From assembly GCA_000182565.2 (NCBI GenBank), contig KQ257457.1: 64,000 bases of DNA, one strand, 5' to 3'. The position numbers and the translations under genes are program-made. Under the pieces are notes generated by a model. It made no database searches, was not told the DNA's origin, and saw only the letters and a list, made by a program, of their open reading frames with translations. How positions within the stretch are numbered: the stretch's first letter is position 1; the number at the start of each line of letters is the position of its first letter. This stretch comes from Spizellomyces punctatus DAOM BR117 (lineage: Eukaryota). This document shows positions 1 through 10,575 of the stretch, piece by piece.

Positions 1-244
1 GACATAAGCAGATCATAAGCCAGGGGGCGACGCACAATTTTCGGACAGCCCTTCCTGCAGGGCAACCGCTTTTTGCAAGGGGACGGACCTTGCGCGCGGG
101 CTTGTTTTTTCGCTGTCGATTTGAGTTTGCCAAACGACCATTGTCGTTTCTTTCCCGCCCTTGTCTAGTTTTTTGGTGGAAATCCGTGTGTTTTGAATAA
201 ATAATCGGCGGGCTTCTCCTTTGTCCTCCTTATCCTTTCGAACC

Positions 245-784
245 ATGGAAGGCCCACACGTGCCCCTCAAACCCCGTAAATCCATATCCTTCCCAATTTT
301 GACCTCGTCGTCGGCTCCTTCCGCACCGATGCCCCCGCCACGTTCAGGACGTAAAGGATTCCTACGGTCTTTTGCGTCCTTGCTGGATTTAAGGCCCTTC
401 AAACATGTTGGAGTTGCCTCAGCGCCGTCACCACAACCACCCGCTGGAGCGCCGCCACCGTTACCCCCGAAAGAACACCCTCCCAAACATCGCCTCCGCA
501 CCATGCTCAGCACGCCCATGCTCAATAAATTTCGTTCCCCCAAACCCGCCCCTACGCACCATATAGACCCGTCGCCTCCAATCCGCACCAAAATGTCGCT
601 TGACCTGGATCGCCGAATGGCGTGGAAAGTACTACGAGATGTACCAATGATTGAGACAGTACAGGAAACTGAGGAGGAAGATGAAGAATTGCCGGATTTT
701 GAAGACATGATTCGAGGAGATGCGACTATCAAGGTTTGTTTAACGCCAGAAGAGTTGGATGGTGTACCTGTGGCTGCCTGTTGA
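245..784 (+). CDS. Hypothetical Pro-rich protein, 179 aa, single exon
   Basis: ATG at 245 in ACCATGG context, open to TGA at 782-784. Pro-rich N-terminus; acidic C-terminus ending FEDMIRGDATIKVCLTPEEL. No family recognised. Confidence 0.6.
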   Translation: MEGPHVPLKPRKSISFPILTSSSAPSAPMPPPRSGRKGFLRSFASLLDLRPFKHVGVASAPSPQPPAGAPPPLPPKEHPPKHRLRTMLSTPMLNKFRSPKPAPTHHIDPSPPIRTKMSLDLDRRMAWKVLRDVPMIETVQETEEEDEELPDFEDMIRGDATIKVCLTPEELDGVPVAAC

Positions 785-1277
785 ATAGTCATGGCATACG
801 CTGTTGGTTGTAAATTGGACGAGGACGGGTACATATCCATTATCAAACAACCAGATGGATATTGTGAAACCTCGAGAAAGAGTCTGGGGACGTAATATGG
901 TGGAAGGTGTTGCAAACCTCTGCTGAGAGCTTGCATGCACTCATCGTCTTGATGGACGGGATACCCGCGATACGTACCATTTTTATGACACTACTTGTTA
1001 GATCTGTTTAATGTATGATGATTAGACATTGATTAGAGTATGTAGAAATCCGTTTTGTAGTTTTTTAGTGGTATAATTGTTGGTAATGTTTTAATAAGTC
1101 GTCGTAGTTGTCTTGACCTTTGTCCATCGTCGTCGTTTCTCCAGCAGTTCTACACGTGACTTTGAGCCGTGATGGCTTAGTAGACAAAGGGAATTGCTTT
1201 GACAAGCGCGGAGTCGACGTTTGGTTTTTTGTTTTGCGAACGTTCGGCATTCGTTTTCCATGCATTCCAGTCGCACC

Positions 1278-2278
1278 ATGCCGCGCGTGAAGCGCCTTGT
1301 GCTCACTCTCTACCGGTTCCTTCACCGACATCGTCTCCCACTCCTTCTCGCCGTCTTCCTTCCCCCGCTCCTCCTCTACCCTCTTCTTGTGAGCGCACGA
1401 GGCAGTCCCGCACTCGTTCCGCATGAGCTACGCACGGCGCAACGGCCGTTACTGGTGGTTGCGCATCCTGATGACGAGTGTTTGTTTTTTTCGCCAACAA
1501 TGAATGCGTTGGGTGGTGTAAAGGGGATTTTGGTGCTTTCCACTGGTATGTTTGTGTTTGGTGTTTTGCTTTTTGCTGTAGTTGTGGGTGCTGATATTTT
1601 TCTGCGCTTTGGTAGGAAATAATTATGGAATTGGGGATACCCGACGACGAGAGTTGATGGGGAGTTGTCGAGAGCTGGGTGTGGATGAGCAGCATTGTAC
1701 CGTGTTGGATTTACCGTACGTTGATTTGGTTTATCTGTGATTTTCGGTTTTCTTTGTTGAGCTCATGTCATGTATTGTTGCAAGTGATATTCAAGATAAT
1801 CCACGGGAATGGTGGCCCGCTGATCGGGTTCTTGAAATTGTTACGGAGCATGTTAAAAAGACGAATGCAGATGTGGTGAGTGCAAATGTCCTTTCTGTCC
1901 TCATCTCCTTTGCCATATCTGATATTTTCATAGATTGTCACATTCGATTCAGGCGGCACGTCGGGGCACCTTAACCACCGCTCCGTTCACCGTGCCCTCC
2001 TAAAATCCCCAATCCCAACTTACAGCACAACCACAATTCCCCTCCTCCGAAAATACAGCTCCATCCTCGACGTGACCCTGACCTCTCTCTCTTTCCTTCC
2101 CAATCTCCTCTTTAACAAACCCGTTACGCACCGCGCATTCTTTGTGAATGGTTGGAACGATTACTTGGCTGCACGACGGGCGTTTGGGAGCCATGCGAGT
2201 CAATTGAGCTGGGATAGGCATATTTATATGATTTTGGGACGTTACATGTTTTTGAATGATTTAGTCAAGATTGCATAG
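1278..2278 (+). CDS. GPI12: GlcNAc-phosphatidylinositol de-N-acetylase (PIG-L family), multi-exon
   Basis: N-terminal TM segment; motifs VVAHPDDECLFFSPT, LSTG|NNYG, TFDSGGTSGHLNH, AFGSHASQLSW; joined through GT-AG introns (first 1547-1615). Confidence 0.9.
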
Positions 2279-3119
2279 AGTAGGGGGTTGGGATTCAGGA
2301 GATGGCTTTGCGGCGCATTCTTGAGTCAATGCATTATGTCGATGGGAATGGATTCTAGTCGAGTAGAACAGTTCTCCATCACCTATTTATAAATTTCAGA
2401 AAATAAGGAAAGAATGCGAGTAGTCGCGGTCATGGCTCTCTGGGGCATTGAACCTCAACTGAATCTTCTGTATCCAAGCCTTGAGTAAACTGCAATGGTA
2501 TAAACCTCGTATCGCAGCTTACCTGTTCAACTCAAATTCCATCATTGCATTCAAAAAAAAAAGATCCGCCATAGTAGTTCAGTGGGAGTGTGAACGTCTG
2601 TCCAACCTTTTCAAAGGTGCACTATGCCTATTGACCGCTGAGTCTCAATGCAACACGATGAATCATATCGTATGAATCGCTCGTCGCGATTCGAAAGGAT
2701 GATAAACATTTGGAAAATCCATGTCAAGCACAACGAATATAAAAGAACGTTCTGATGAAATGTGGTACTTCCCATTGCATCTAAATGTATTAGATTACAC
2801 AAATGACTGCTTGTAAAATTCAATACGATCTGCATCTATCGGTTTGCTTGCAAGACGTGCCAATGTTCAAAATTCCCCAATGCATCCTAAAAGGAGATCA
2901 ACCGTATTCGCTCCATTGTCCTTCAACTGAACCTCTTACCCAAAGTGTAGTAAGTTTGGGAGTATGATGATCATGTCGATCAGCTCAAAACGACACTATC
3001 GAGATTGAGACATTTAATGCGATACAGAAGGGTAGTGCTAGCTTAAAGTTCGCTGATGCCTATCCTTCCCGGTAATTATGTTAAGGAGGAAGCATCACAG
3101 GTGCTTGGGGGCTACGTAG

Positions 3120-3490
3120 GGATTCTTGAATTTCCATTTGCAAAGACTATTCTGCTCGGTCTACTAGGTTTTATTTTGAAAAATTAAAAAGATAAACAAA
3201 AAGGGACCAGTGGGTCCAGCGGCGTCATATTGGGATCAACCGATGAACCACTGGGGGGCCAATTTAACTCTCGAAAGAGATTTTGGTTATTCACGTCGCG
3301 GGTTTACCATCGCAGGATGGAACTAGCGTGAGCTAGCAGCCCGCGCTTTGTGGAGATCGAACTCAGTCCCTTTCGGGAACTGAGAACGAGCGCATTACCC
3401 CATAAGCTATCCCCACAAAGTCAAAACAAGCTGCTTTTCAAAAAACTTGAGTATTCGCAAACCGCTTCCGAGGCTTTTAGTTTTGTTTAT
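3120..3490 (-). repeat. Inverted copy of the ~310-bp repeat unit, with part of a further spacer
   Basis: Reverse complement aligns by eye to 4860-5170 and 5370-5690, including the spacer AAAACTAAAA..GCGGTTTGC..TCAAGT. Confidence 0.85.
3198..3422 (-). ncRNA. Putative Pol III structured RNA, copy A (tRNA-derived head, hairpin body, oligo-T end)
   Basis: Minus strand: CTTTGTGGGGA-TAGCTTATGGGG (A-box)...GAGTTCGATCTCC (B-box)-ACAAAG at 3346-3420, then CGCGGG..CCCGCG, CCATC-CTGC-GATGG, CCAGTGG..CCACTGG-TCCC-TTTTT. Homologous to copies B and C. Confidence 0.55.
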
Positions 3491-4922
3491 TTTCAAGTGG
3501 GTTGATTGTGCAGTCTGGACTTTGATGCTCTCACGATATGCCCCAACAGAAGTGTGTTTGCTCAACATTTCCAATGTGTGGATGAACAACCTTTGGGCAT
3601 TTCGCCTTACCTGTTCGTCTCAAGATTAGAGCGTCAAGTCCTATGCATAGCTAGCACCCAAATTAAAAAGGCTCTTTTGATGTGCAAGATAGGTTCTGTG
3701 ATGCGTGACTCCAAATGAACCTCTTTGCGTGATATTTCACAAACGTCTCTTGGACCTGCTTGTACGTGTATTCATAGAATCCGTTCCTCAAGTCCATTTG
3801 AAGAGCATGAACATTATACACATGTTGAGGTCATGCGGAATGCAACTTGGAAAGTCTCCACATTACAACTGAATCTCAGTGCGTTCACTCAACTCTATTA
3901 TAACCAGTGAAGAAACGACGCTGATGGTCGTCCCACCATGTGAGGAGCTATAAACCTACGTAAACAATGTATCTCGTCGTACGGGACGGATGCAAAGTAA
4001 GTCTATCCAGGTTGGTGAAATTGTATCGAAACTGATCATGTGTAGCTGCCACATCTTGTGGAATCCTTGTCGATTGTGTGTTTTATTGCGCCAACCGCTG
4101 TTGTAAAAGACTATAAAGGCTACATGTACTGTGGAGTGGAGGGAATAAATGTCGAGTAGAAAACGTCCACGCTGCTACTATTATGTGTTTTGATTGCTTG
4201 GCGACTGGTTGGTGAAAAGGTATTTGTAGATGGAATTAGAAAGCTCATCTAACAGTGCCTATCCGGCTCGTTATACGATCAATGCCTGTAATGACCCACG
4301 TGCTATAATGAAATCTTTCTCTCTGCTTCCCAGTAGGACTCATTGAGCGCACTGATATCCAACCGTCTTCTCCACGAAGATCATCATGATGTTGAAATAC
4401 CGGAATAAACAAAGGAAGCGCATGAAGAGCCGCCATAAACAAAACGCCGTACGTTTGTATCCACTAATGCCGATTATACAAGAGCTCTGAGAACATGGGT
4501 CGATGATGGCGTTATGTATGTATCCTGCATATTACCATATCTCTCCAGTCATGCGCACGGATAAAGAGCTCGCATTATTGGCTTTCGGCCTCTGCCATGT
4601 TCTCACGCGTTTCTGGCCTACGTCAGTTGTGTCCCATGTTCTGTGTCTCAACCAAATAGACTATTCATCGCCTTAATGCCATTTTATCGTGATGTTGCAT
4701 TATTTTCAGCGCAAGTACGTGTCATAAGAAGGGATTCGACCAGAAATCCCGTTTTTTTGACTTTTCAAATTTCTCGGCGTGCCCCCCAGTGATCCATCGG
4801 AATATTGGTGGCCGGTGGACCCACTGGTCTCTTTTTGTTTATGTTTGTATTTTCTTTTTAAAAACTAAAACATCGGAAGCAATTTTGCAATCCTTCAAGT
4901 TTTTCAAGGGGCAAATGGCTTT

Positions 4923-5152
4923 GACTTTGTGGGGATAGCGTATGGGACAATGCGCTCGTTCTCAGTCGCGAAAGGGGCCCAGTTCGATCTCCACAAAGCG
5001 CGGCTGCTAGGTACTGGGTACTAGCATCCATCATTGGATGGACTGACTCGCGACGCTGGGTTTAACCCGGCGTGCACCCCCCCCCCCCCAATAAATGTGG
5101 TTCGACGGCGCCGTCGCAACAAAAATGTGATGGTGCTGTTGACCCCACTTTT
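4923..5152 (+). ncRNA. Putative Pol III structured RNA, copy B (partly decayed)
   Basis: Head 4925-4998; TCCATC-ATTG-GATGGA; ACGCTGGG-TTTAA-CCCGGCGT; expanded poly-C; T-rich end. The inner head hairpin is disrupted. Confidence 0.45.
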
Positions 5153-5437
5153 GTTCATCTTTTTTATTTTTTGAAACCTAAAGTGTTAAAAGCGGTTTGC
5201 TAACCAAATCCTTCAAGTGCTTCAAAAACTGAAAACTGGGTGTGTCTATAGTATCAAAATGTAGACTCCTGTCCGCAGATTAATGTGACCGGGTAGAAAT
5301 ATCGGTGGGACGCTGGTGGACCCAATGGTCTCTTTTGTTTATCTTTGTATTTTTTTATTTTTTTTTTTTTTGAAAACTAAAGCGTTAGATGCGGTTTGTC
5401 AATCCTTCTTCAAGTCCTCAAAAAACCAGTTGGTTCT

Positions 5438-5649
5438 GACTTTGTGGAGATAGCTTATGGGGTAAAGCGTTCGTTCTCGGTCCCGAAAGGGACTGAGTTC
5501 GATCTCCACCATGCGCGGAATATAGTTTCCATCAATAGATGGCGTAACCGCGACGCTGAGCTTGTTCAACAACTCGGGTCCCGAACCCGTACGGACAAAG
5601 CTCGGCGTGCCCCCCAGTGTCGCCTTGGTGACTTTACTGGTCCCGTTTT
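5438..5649 (+). ncRNA. Putative Pol III structured RNA, copy C
   Basis: GTGGAGA/TCTCCAC acceptor-like stem, GCTT-ATGGGGTA-AAGC D-arm, GTTCGATC B-box; body hairpins intact; ends CTGGTCCC-GTTTT. Confidence 0.55.
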
Positions 5650-5898
5650 GGTTTTCTTTTTATTTTTTGTAAACTAAAACGCTGGAGATTGTTTATAATT
5701 GCTCGTCCCCACAAGGTTGTAAACCTGAATTTGCAACCAACGAGATATCTTTTTCTTATATTCATCATGGAGAACATTATGAAGCATTTTCAATTTACAT
5801 GGAGTAGAATATAGAGAGATTCTCAATTAACAGTAATATCTAATCTGCGTGGAAGGTTGAAACGAATCGAACAAAAAACCTTGTCTCTATGTCACTCT

Positions 5899-6615
5899 CT
5901 ATCCATACCAGCCTTCATCCACTCCGCCACAGTTTGCGACAGCCCTCCCAATCTCTTCCCAGTATCCCGGAAAAGCATCATAAGGATTCGGCATCGGATC
6001 GTCTGTCAGGAATATCCACTGATACCCGTCCGCCACGACATCTCGGATGACATTGTCGAGCTCCTCTTTGGACCATGTAGGCGTGGAATGCAGAATCAGA
6101 CCACATGATGAGGATTGAGCGGGTGGACGGAATTGAGTCCACTCTTTGTAGTTGTTTTCACAGACTATACAGATGGTGCTAATGTCTGGAAGCAGGTAGA
6201 CAGGGTTGGGAGGTGTACCCGGGTTGATCACCACCACGCCGTCATCCCATAGTTCGCTCGCAAAAGCTTTGTAGGCCCTGTATACGTCGCTTTCCTTTAC
6301 TCCCGTTGAGCACTCATCCAGAAATACTCCATCCACATCCCACAAAGCCCATTGTTTTATATCCGCCCGCACATCAGACGTATCCCGCTTCCCCCATGCT
6401 GTCGAGACATAGCCGATGAGTATGGCGTTGGGATACCTCCGCAGTTGCGTAAGCGCGGCTGCGTAGTTTGTGTCAAGAGCAGTGCCTGGACCGCTGCAGG
6501 GATTTATGATGAGTATGTGCGGGATATTTGGGTTGGTTTTAAGTGAGACGTAGACGGGGTTCCAGGCAGTTGGTGTAGGGTAAATATAGAGAGGAAAGAT
6601 GAGACCGAGCGGCAT
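5899..6615 (-). CDS. Spherulin-4 / Sph3-like protein (GH135 family), intronless
   Basis: PLYIYP...W, IINPCSGPG, LIGYVSTAWG, VDGVFLDE, VVINPGT, NPYDAFPGYWE are characteristic of spherulation-specific family 4. Confidence 0.85.
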   Translation of the reverse strand: MPLGLIFPLYIYPTPTAWNPVYVSLKTNPNIPHILIINPCSGPGTALDTNYAAALTQLRRYPNAILIGYVSTAWGKRDTSDVRADIKQWALWDVDGVFLDECSTGVKESDVYRAYKAFASELWDDGVVVINPGTPPNPVYLLPDISTICIVCENNYKEWTQFRPPAQSSSCGLILHSTPTWSKEELDNVIRDVVADGYQWIFLTDDPMPNPYDAFPGYWEEIGRAVANCGGVDEGWYG

Positions 6616-7413
6616 GGTTTAGATCGACGGTTGGAAATTTAGTAGTTGATAGGCTCCCGCTATGCAAGACGAAATAATCAAGTCAAACGCTTAAAAGTGA
6701 ATACCAAACAATATTGGTTGTCTCCCGAATGTGTGTATCGTCCAGCAGTGTTGAACAATGATTTGAAGCCCCTAACCTGCTCACAAGACGATCCATGTCA
6801 AGTTGCAGCAGCTCACTTTCCGATTTTCATTAACCATGACTTTTTGTGCAGCCGTGGGCCGCCGGAACAGGTTCCGACATTGATACTATTGGCAAATACC
6901 CAACGATGAGGGGATGATCCTTTGGATTTGTTTGTTGATATCAACTCCATCCATCAAGCCATAATGATGGCTGGCAACGTATCGCAAATGACATGTATAA
7001 ACCTCAAAACTTTCAACGTGGCTGTTAACGCTATGGCAGTAAACTCTTGTCTATACAGTCGACAGCATCCAGATGCAATCACAAAATAAAACGTCCAAGA
7101 AAAAACTCCGCCCAACTTAAAGTGGATTACGCAATCAAATGCAAATTTCGTCCGTTGATGACTCACAAACTCGACCTTCAAAGCGATCCTCAAAATCGCC
7201 CTGCAAGCGTTTATTGTTCCTTTTGGCTTTTCTTCGGAGGTTTTTTGTTTTTGTGTGTTTGTCGTGATATGAGGGTTCAGGGTTTGTGGGTGTGCCATGC
7301 TTTCATCAAGGAATATCTCCGAACTACGGAGTGATTCCACTTCACACAAAGGAAGCCTAGATATTCGACCCCCAAATTGTGAGTTTCTTGGCCTTTTTTT
7401 TTCTTTGTTTTGC

Positions 7414-9885
7414 ATGACCGACAACCTTGGTTTGTCTGAGCTGACCTCTGGCGTATTGTGTTCTTCTATTTTGAACCCCAATTGAATAGTTTCCGACGCT
7501 CGTTCTACAAAGTCTTTACCTTACGCTGCACGCTCCTCTGGTATGTCGCCACTGGGTCACTGAGCCAAAAATTCCCTTCTTAACCACGTCTTCACGTCTT
7601 TTTTTGGACAGACTCTTTGAGTCTCAACGACGCCATGGGCATCGGCGACCTCATAACAGCCAAATGTCCTCTGGTACCCAACCACATTCGCCTCTTCCAC
7701 TCCATTTATCCCGTCCGCGGCAAGAAAATCATACCAAAATCGAATGAATTCAGTCGATTGGTGTTTTATCTTCGATCCAAACCCCACAAGGTGTTCAAAG
7801 TAGGACCCCTTCTGGCGGCGCATAACAAAAGTGATATACGGCATCGTCGTTGGGGGTAAGTATTGGCGGATGTGAACTCAATTAGGATGATGGCTCATGG
7901 TGTTGTCCAGGCATGTACAGATTAACTTGCAGCTGGCGCGGACGCTCATTGAAGAGTGTCATTCCTTGATTGCGATAGTCGGTCCAGCGGCACTTAGTGT
8001 CATCTATTCCATTCTGACATCAACAAACCAGTTGATGGAGGACGCTACGACCGTGGTACGTTTATCACATTGTTTACAAAGCCATGCATCTCGGTCCTCA
8101 GTTTCACGATTCTTACCCACACAATCACTCTTTGTATTCAATAGTTTAGGGAGTTCTGCCAGCACTATATGTACCAACCCAACTGCCTTCCCAAAGCCCC
8201 CATGCACAACTACCTATTTGATTTGATCATGCACTTTAGCGGCATGTGCCTATTAAAGGACAATGATGAAGGTTTTGTCTACACGTACGTTTTCGAGTGA
8301 CCTCAAACTCGTTGTGCGCAATCTCTGACATCTCGTTTAGATCCCGCACTTGCGGTCTCGCGGCGCTGGAAGCCGTGATCCATTCCAAAGGCTTTGTAGC
8401 GCACCCCCGCTTGAGAGATAACCCCGAAATCGATGGCACAACCATCAAAGGAGGCCCAGAGTACGTGAGGATGATGATGCACGCCATACTGGCCAACATC
8501 AACGATCCAACAAAAATACCAACGGACCCGTAGGTTATAATTTTGCCCGATTTATATGCTGGCGTCTGTGTGAACTTATTGGTCCTTTTGTTTAGTAACA
8601 CCATTACCGAACGCACCGAGAACGACTTTTCAGATCCCGAACAAGTTGCAGGACGTTGTCTAACGCATCTATTCAGTCTAATGGATCTAGAATCCCTCCC
8701 TGTTTTCTTGGCGCCGATCGTAAAGTGAGTCAGCGTCTACTCTGCTATCGAAACTTGACATACTCATGAAACCATCCCTAGCATTGTTGATTTCAAGCGT
8801 CCATCCAAAGAGTACGCTGTCAACGTTTTCCGAACTATTACCACCTGCACACGAGTGAGTCCTTTTCGATTTCGCACTTTAGTTACCTTTTTTAACATTC
8901 GTAACAGCCTGAATACCGGCACGGGATCCTCAAACACTTTACAGACGTCATCAAACAACCTGATGCACACCAAGCCCGTCTTCTTTGTGACCCCTCGGTC
9001 AAAGAAACCATGTTTGAAATCATTTGCACCCTCATGGAGCTCGGGTGTGCGACGGGTGGCATGTCGTTTTTGGAGCTCTGTGAAGCTCTTTTGGAACAGT
9101 TGCATGCGACGAGAGGAGTGGAGAATGCACAAGGGTTGCAGGATGCTGTTATGAAGTGTTTTGGTATGTTTTGTGTGAATTGCTTTATATGTGATGTTTC
9201 ATCTAATGTCAATCTTGACTCGATAGCAATTTTGGTAAAGAAAGTCGCTCATCCGCACCAACTTGCTGAAATGCAGCCCTTCTTGGTGAGCAAGCTGGGT
9301 ATCAGCACTGCAGAAGCCAAGCAAGTCATCGAGCTACTACGGGCGGGAGAAGCGCTACAAGAAGCGAAATTGATTTTGATGCAAGAAACGGTGAAGACGC
9401 CTACGCTTACTTCCACGTCGAGTCCTACTGAGAGCGAGGCGTCAGCCGGGGAGGCTAAAGAGCCTGAAAATGTCAAGGCAACCGGCGAAAAGAAATTTGG
9501 GGAAAGGCTCGTCGTATGTCTTTCAGAGATTTCTGCTTATCATGATACTCTCTGTGCTCACTTTGAATGTGGTCGTTTAGATACCAGGACAAAAACCTCC
9601 CTCCATTCATTCAATGGACGAAAAGCGGGAGCGACATCGTACAGTTCAGCTGGAAGAGCTTATGGCTGGTAAGCACCTTTATTGTTGGAGAAATCGCTTT
9701 GTAATGAGAAAGCTCATGTTATTTTGGCATTCCCAGCCGCATACGGATGGTCCACTCCAACGAAATCGGGGAGTGTCTTGGATCTCCACCAGGAGGCATT
9801 GGATATTGCCACCAGTGCAGAGTATGCGGAGGTGGACACGGACGAGCTCTTGGCGTCCATTACTCCAGAAAGTCTGGGGATGTAA
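7414..9885 (+). CDS. EFR3: EFR3-like helical-repeat protein, multi-exon (start approximate)
   Basis: HIRLFHSIYP...NEFSRLVFYLRSKPHKVFKVG...DIRHRRWG|HVQINLQLARTLIEECH and RTCGLAALEAVI resemble the EFR3 N-terminal region; GT-AG introns link the ORF pieces. Confidence 0.65.
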
Positions 9886-10165
9886 TAAAACGACAAGGGC
9901 TCGTTCCTAGTGGGGTTGTCGTGGGCTGTATCGGAAGATCTTGGAGACGCTTTTTTTTTTTACCGAATGTACTTAATTTCTTTATAAAGACGTCGCCGTA
10001 TGATGATGGTACTGGATCGTATCGAATCTGTAAATGTCCTTGATCATCTTTTGACTTGCGAGACACCCTTGGTACGTCTTCTCCTGGACGAGTGGTCAGA
10101 CTAAACCCAATAGAAACCACTTATTGTATGACGCGGTATATATTATCTCTACCCAACTCTCAGCA

Positions 10166-10575
10166 TCAAAGTCCCTCGACTGCACTAGCATTCCTCTCCA
10201 ACTCTTCCTTTGCCCTACGTTTCTCCAATTTCCTCATTCGGCGCTGATAACTACACCCCAGAAAAAAAAGTCAACAAACATACTCCATCGGTTGTGCTCC
10301 CCAAAAAAAACCAAAAGAAAAACCTACTCATCATATTGGCACTTCATCCACGCTACACGTTCTTGCTCGCATTTCCAGGGAAGGTAATAGTTCTCTGTCC
10401 GGCACTTGTTGAGTTCGGGAAGGAGGTGGGAGCAGTAGTCTCGCCATGCAAGGGGAATTTGGGTTTTTGAGAGCTCTTCTTGAGAAATGTACATTTCTAT
10501 AATGTCGGGGTGTTGGTTAGTCTTGTGTGCATATGTTCGATGGTGAACAGAGGCGTCCAGGTGTGGGGCCAACAT
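10166..10575 (-). CDS. NDUFB7: Complex I subunit B18, 2 exons
   Basis: IPLAWRDYCSHLLPELNKCR...PWKCEQERVAWMKCQYD|YQRRMRKL, twin CX9C motif; intron about 10251-10328; stop at 10166-10168. Confidence 0.9.

Larger units (their letters stand above)
4773..5698 (+). repeat. Degenerate tandem array of the ~310-bp unit (3' fragment, copy B, headless copy, copy C, start of next spacer)
   Basis: Recurrent GTGGACCCA(C/A)TGGTCTC-TTTT near 4815 and 5316; spacer starts near 4861, 5173, 5373 and 5670; CTCGGCGTGCCCCCCAGTG at 4773 and 5601. Confidence 0.85.

Noticed and set aside
13-936. 307-aa minus-strand ORF
   Set aside because: Antisense shadow of the 245-784 ORF, with a low-complexity G/S translation.
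2964-3056. C/D box snoRNA (ATGATGA...CTGA)
   Set aside because: No convincing terminal stem. The only rRNA-like guide (GCTTAAAGTTCG) needs a bulge and a mismatch.
3346-3420. Repeat head as tRNA-Sec (TCA occurs in the anticodon region)
   Set aside because: No long variable arm, incomplete T-arm, no U33 context, and copy C reads TCG at that position.
4108-4260. Decayed coding fragment (..RLVGEKVFVDGIRKLI), faintly like an M1 aminopeptidase
   Set aside because: Short, interrupted by stops, no HEXXH or GAMEN motif nearby; cannot be supported without a search.
3198-5649. Repeat unit as a hammerhead, twister or HDV ribozyme (retrozyme-like), or as a CRISPR array
   Set aside because: No CUGANGA/GAAA core in hammerhead geometry and no twister or HDV core on either strand. 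Units are ~310 bp with no short repeat-spacer pattern, and there are no cas genes.
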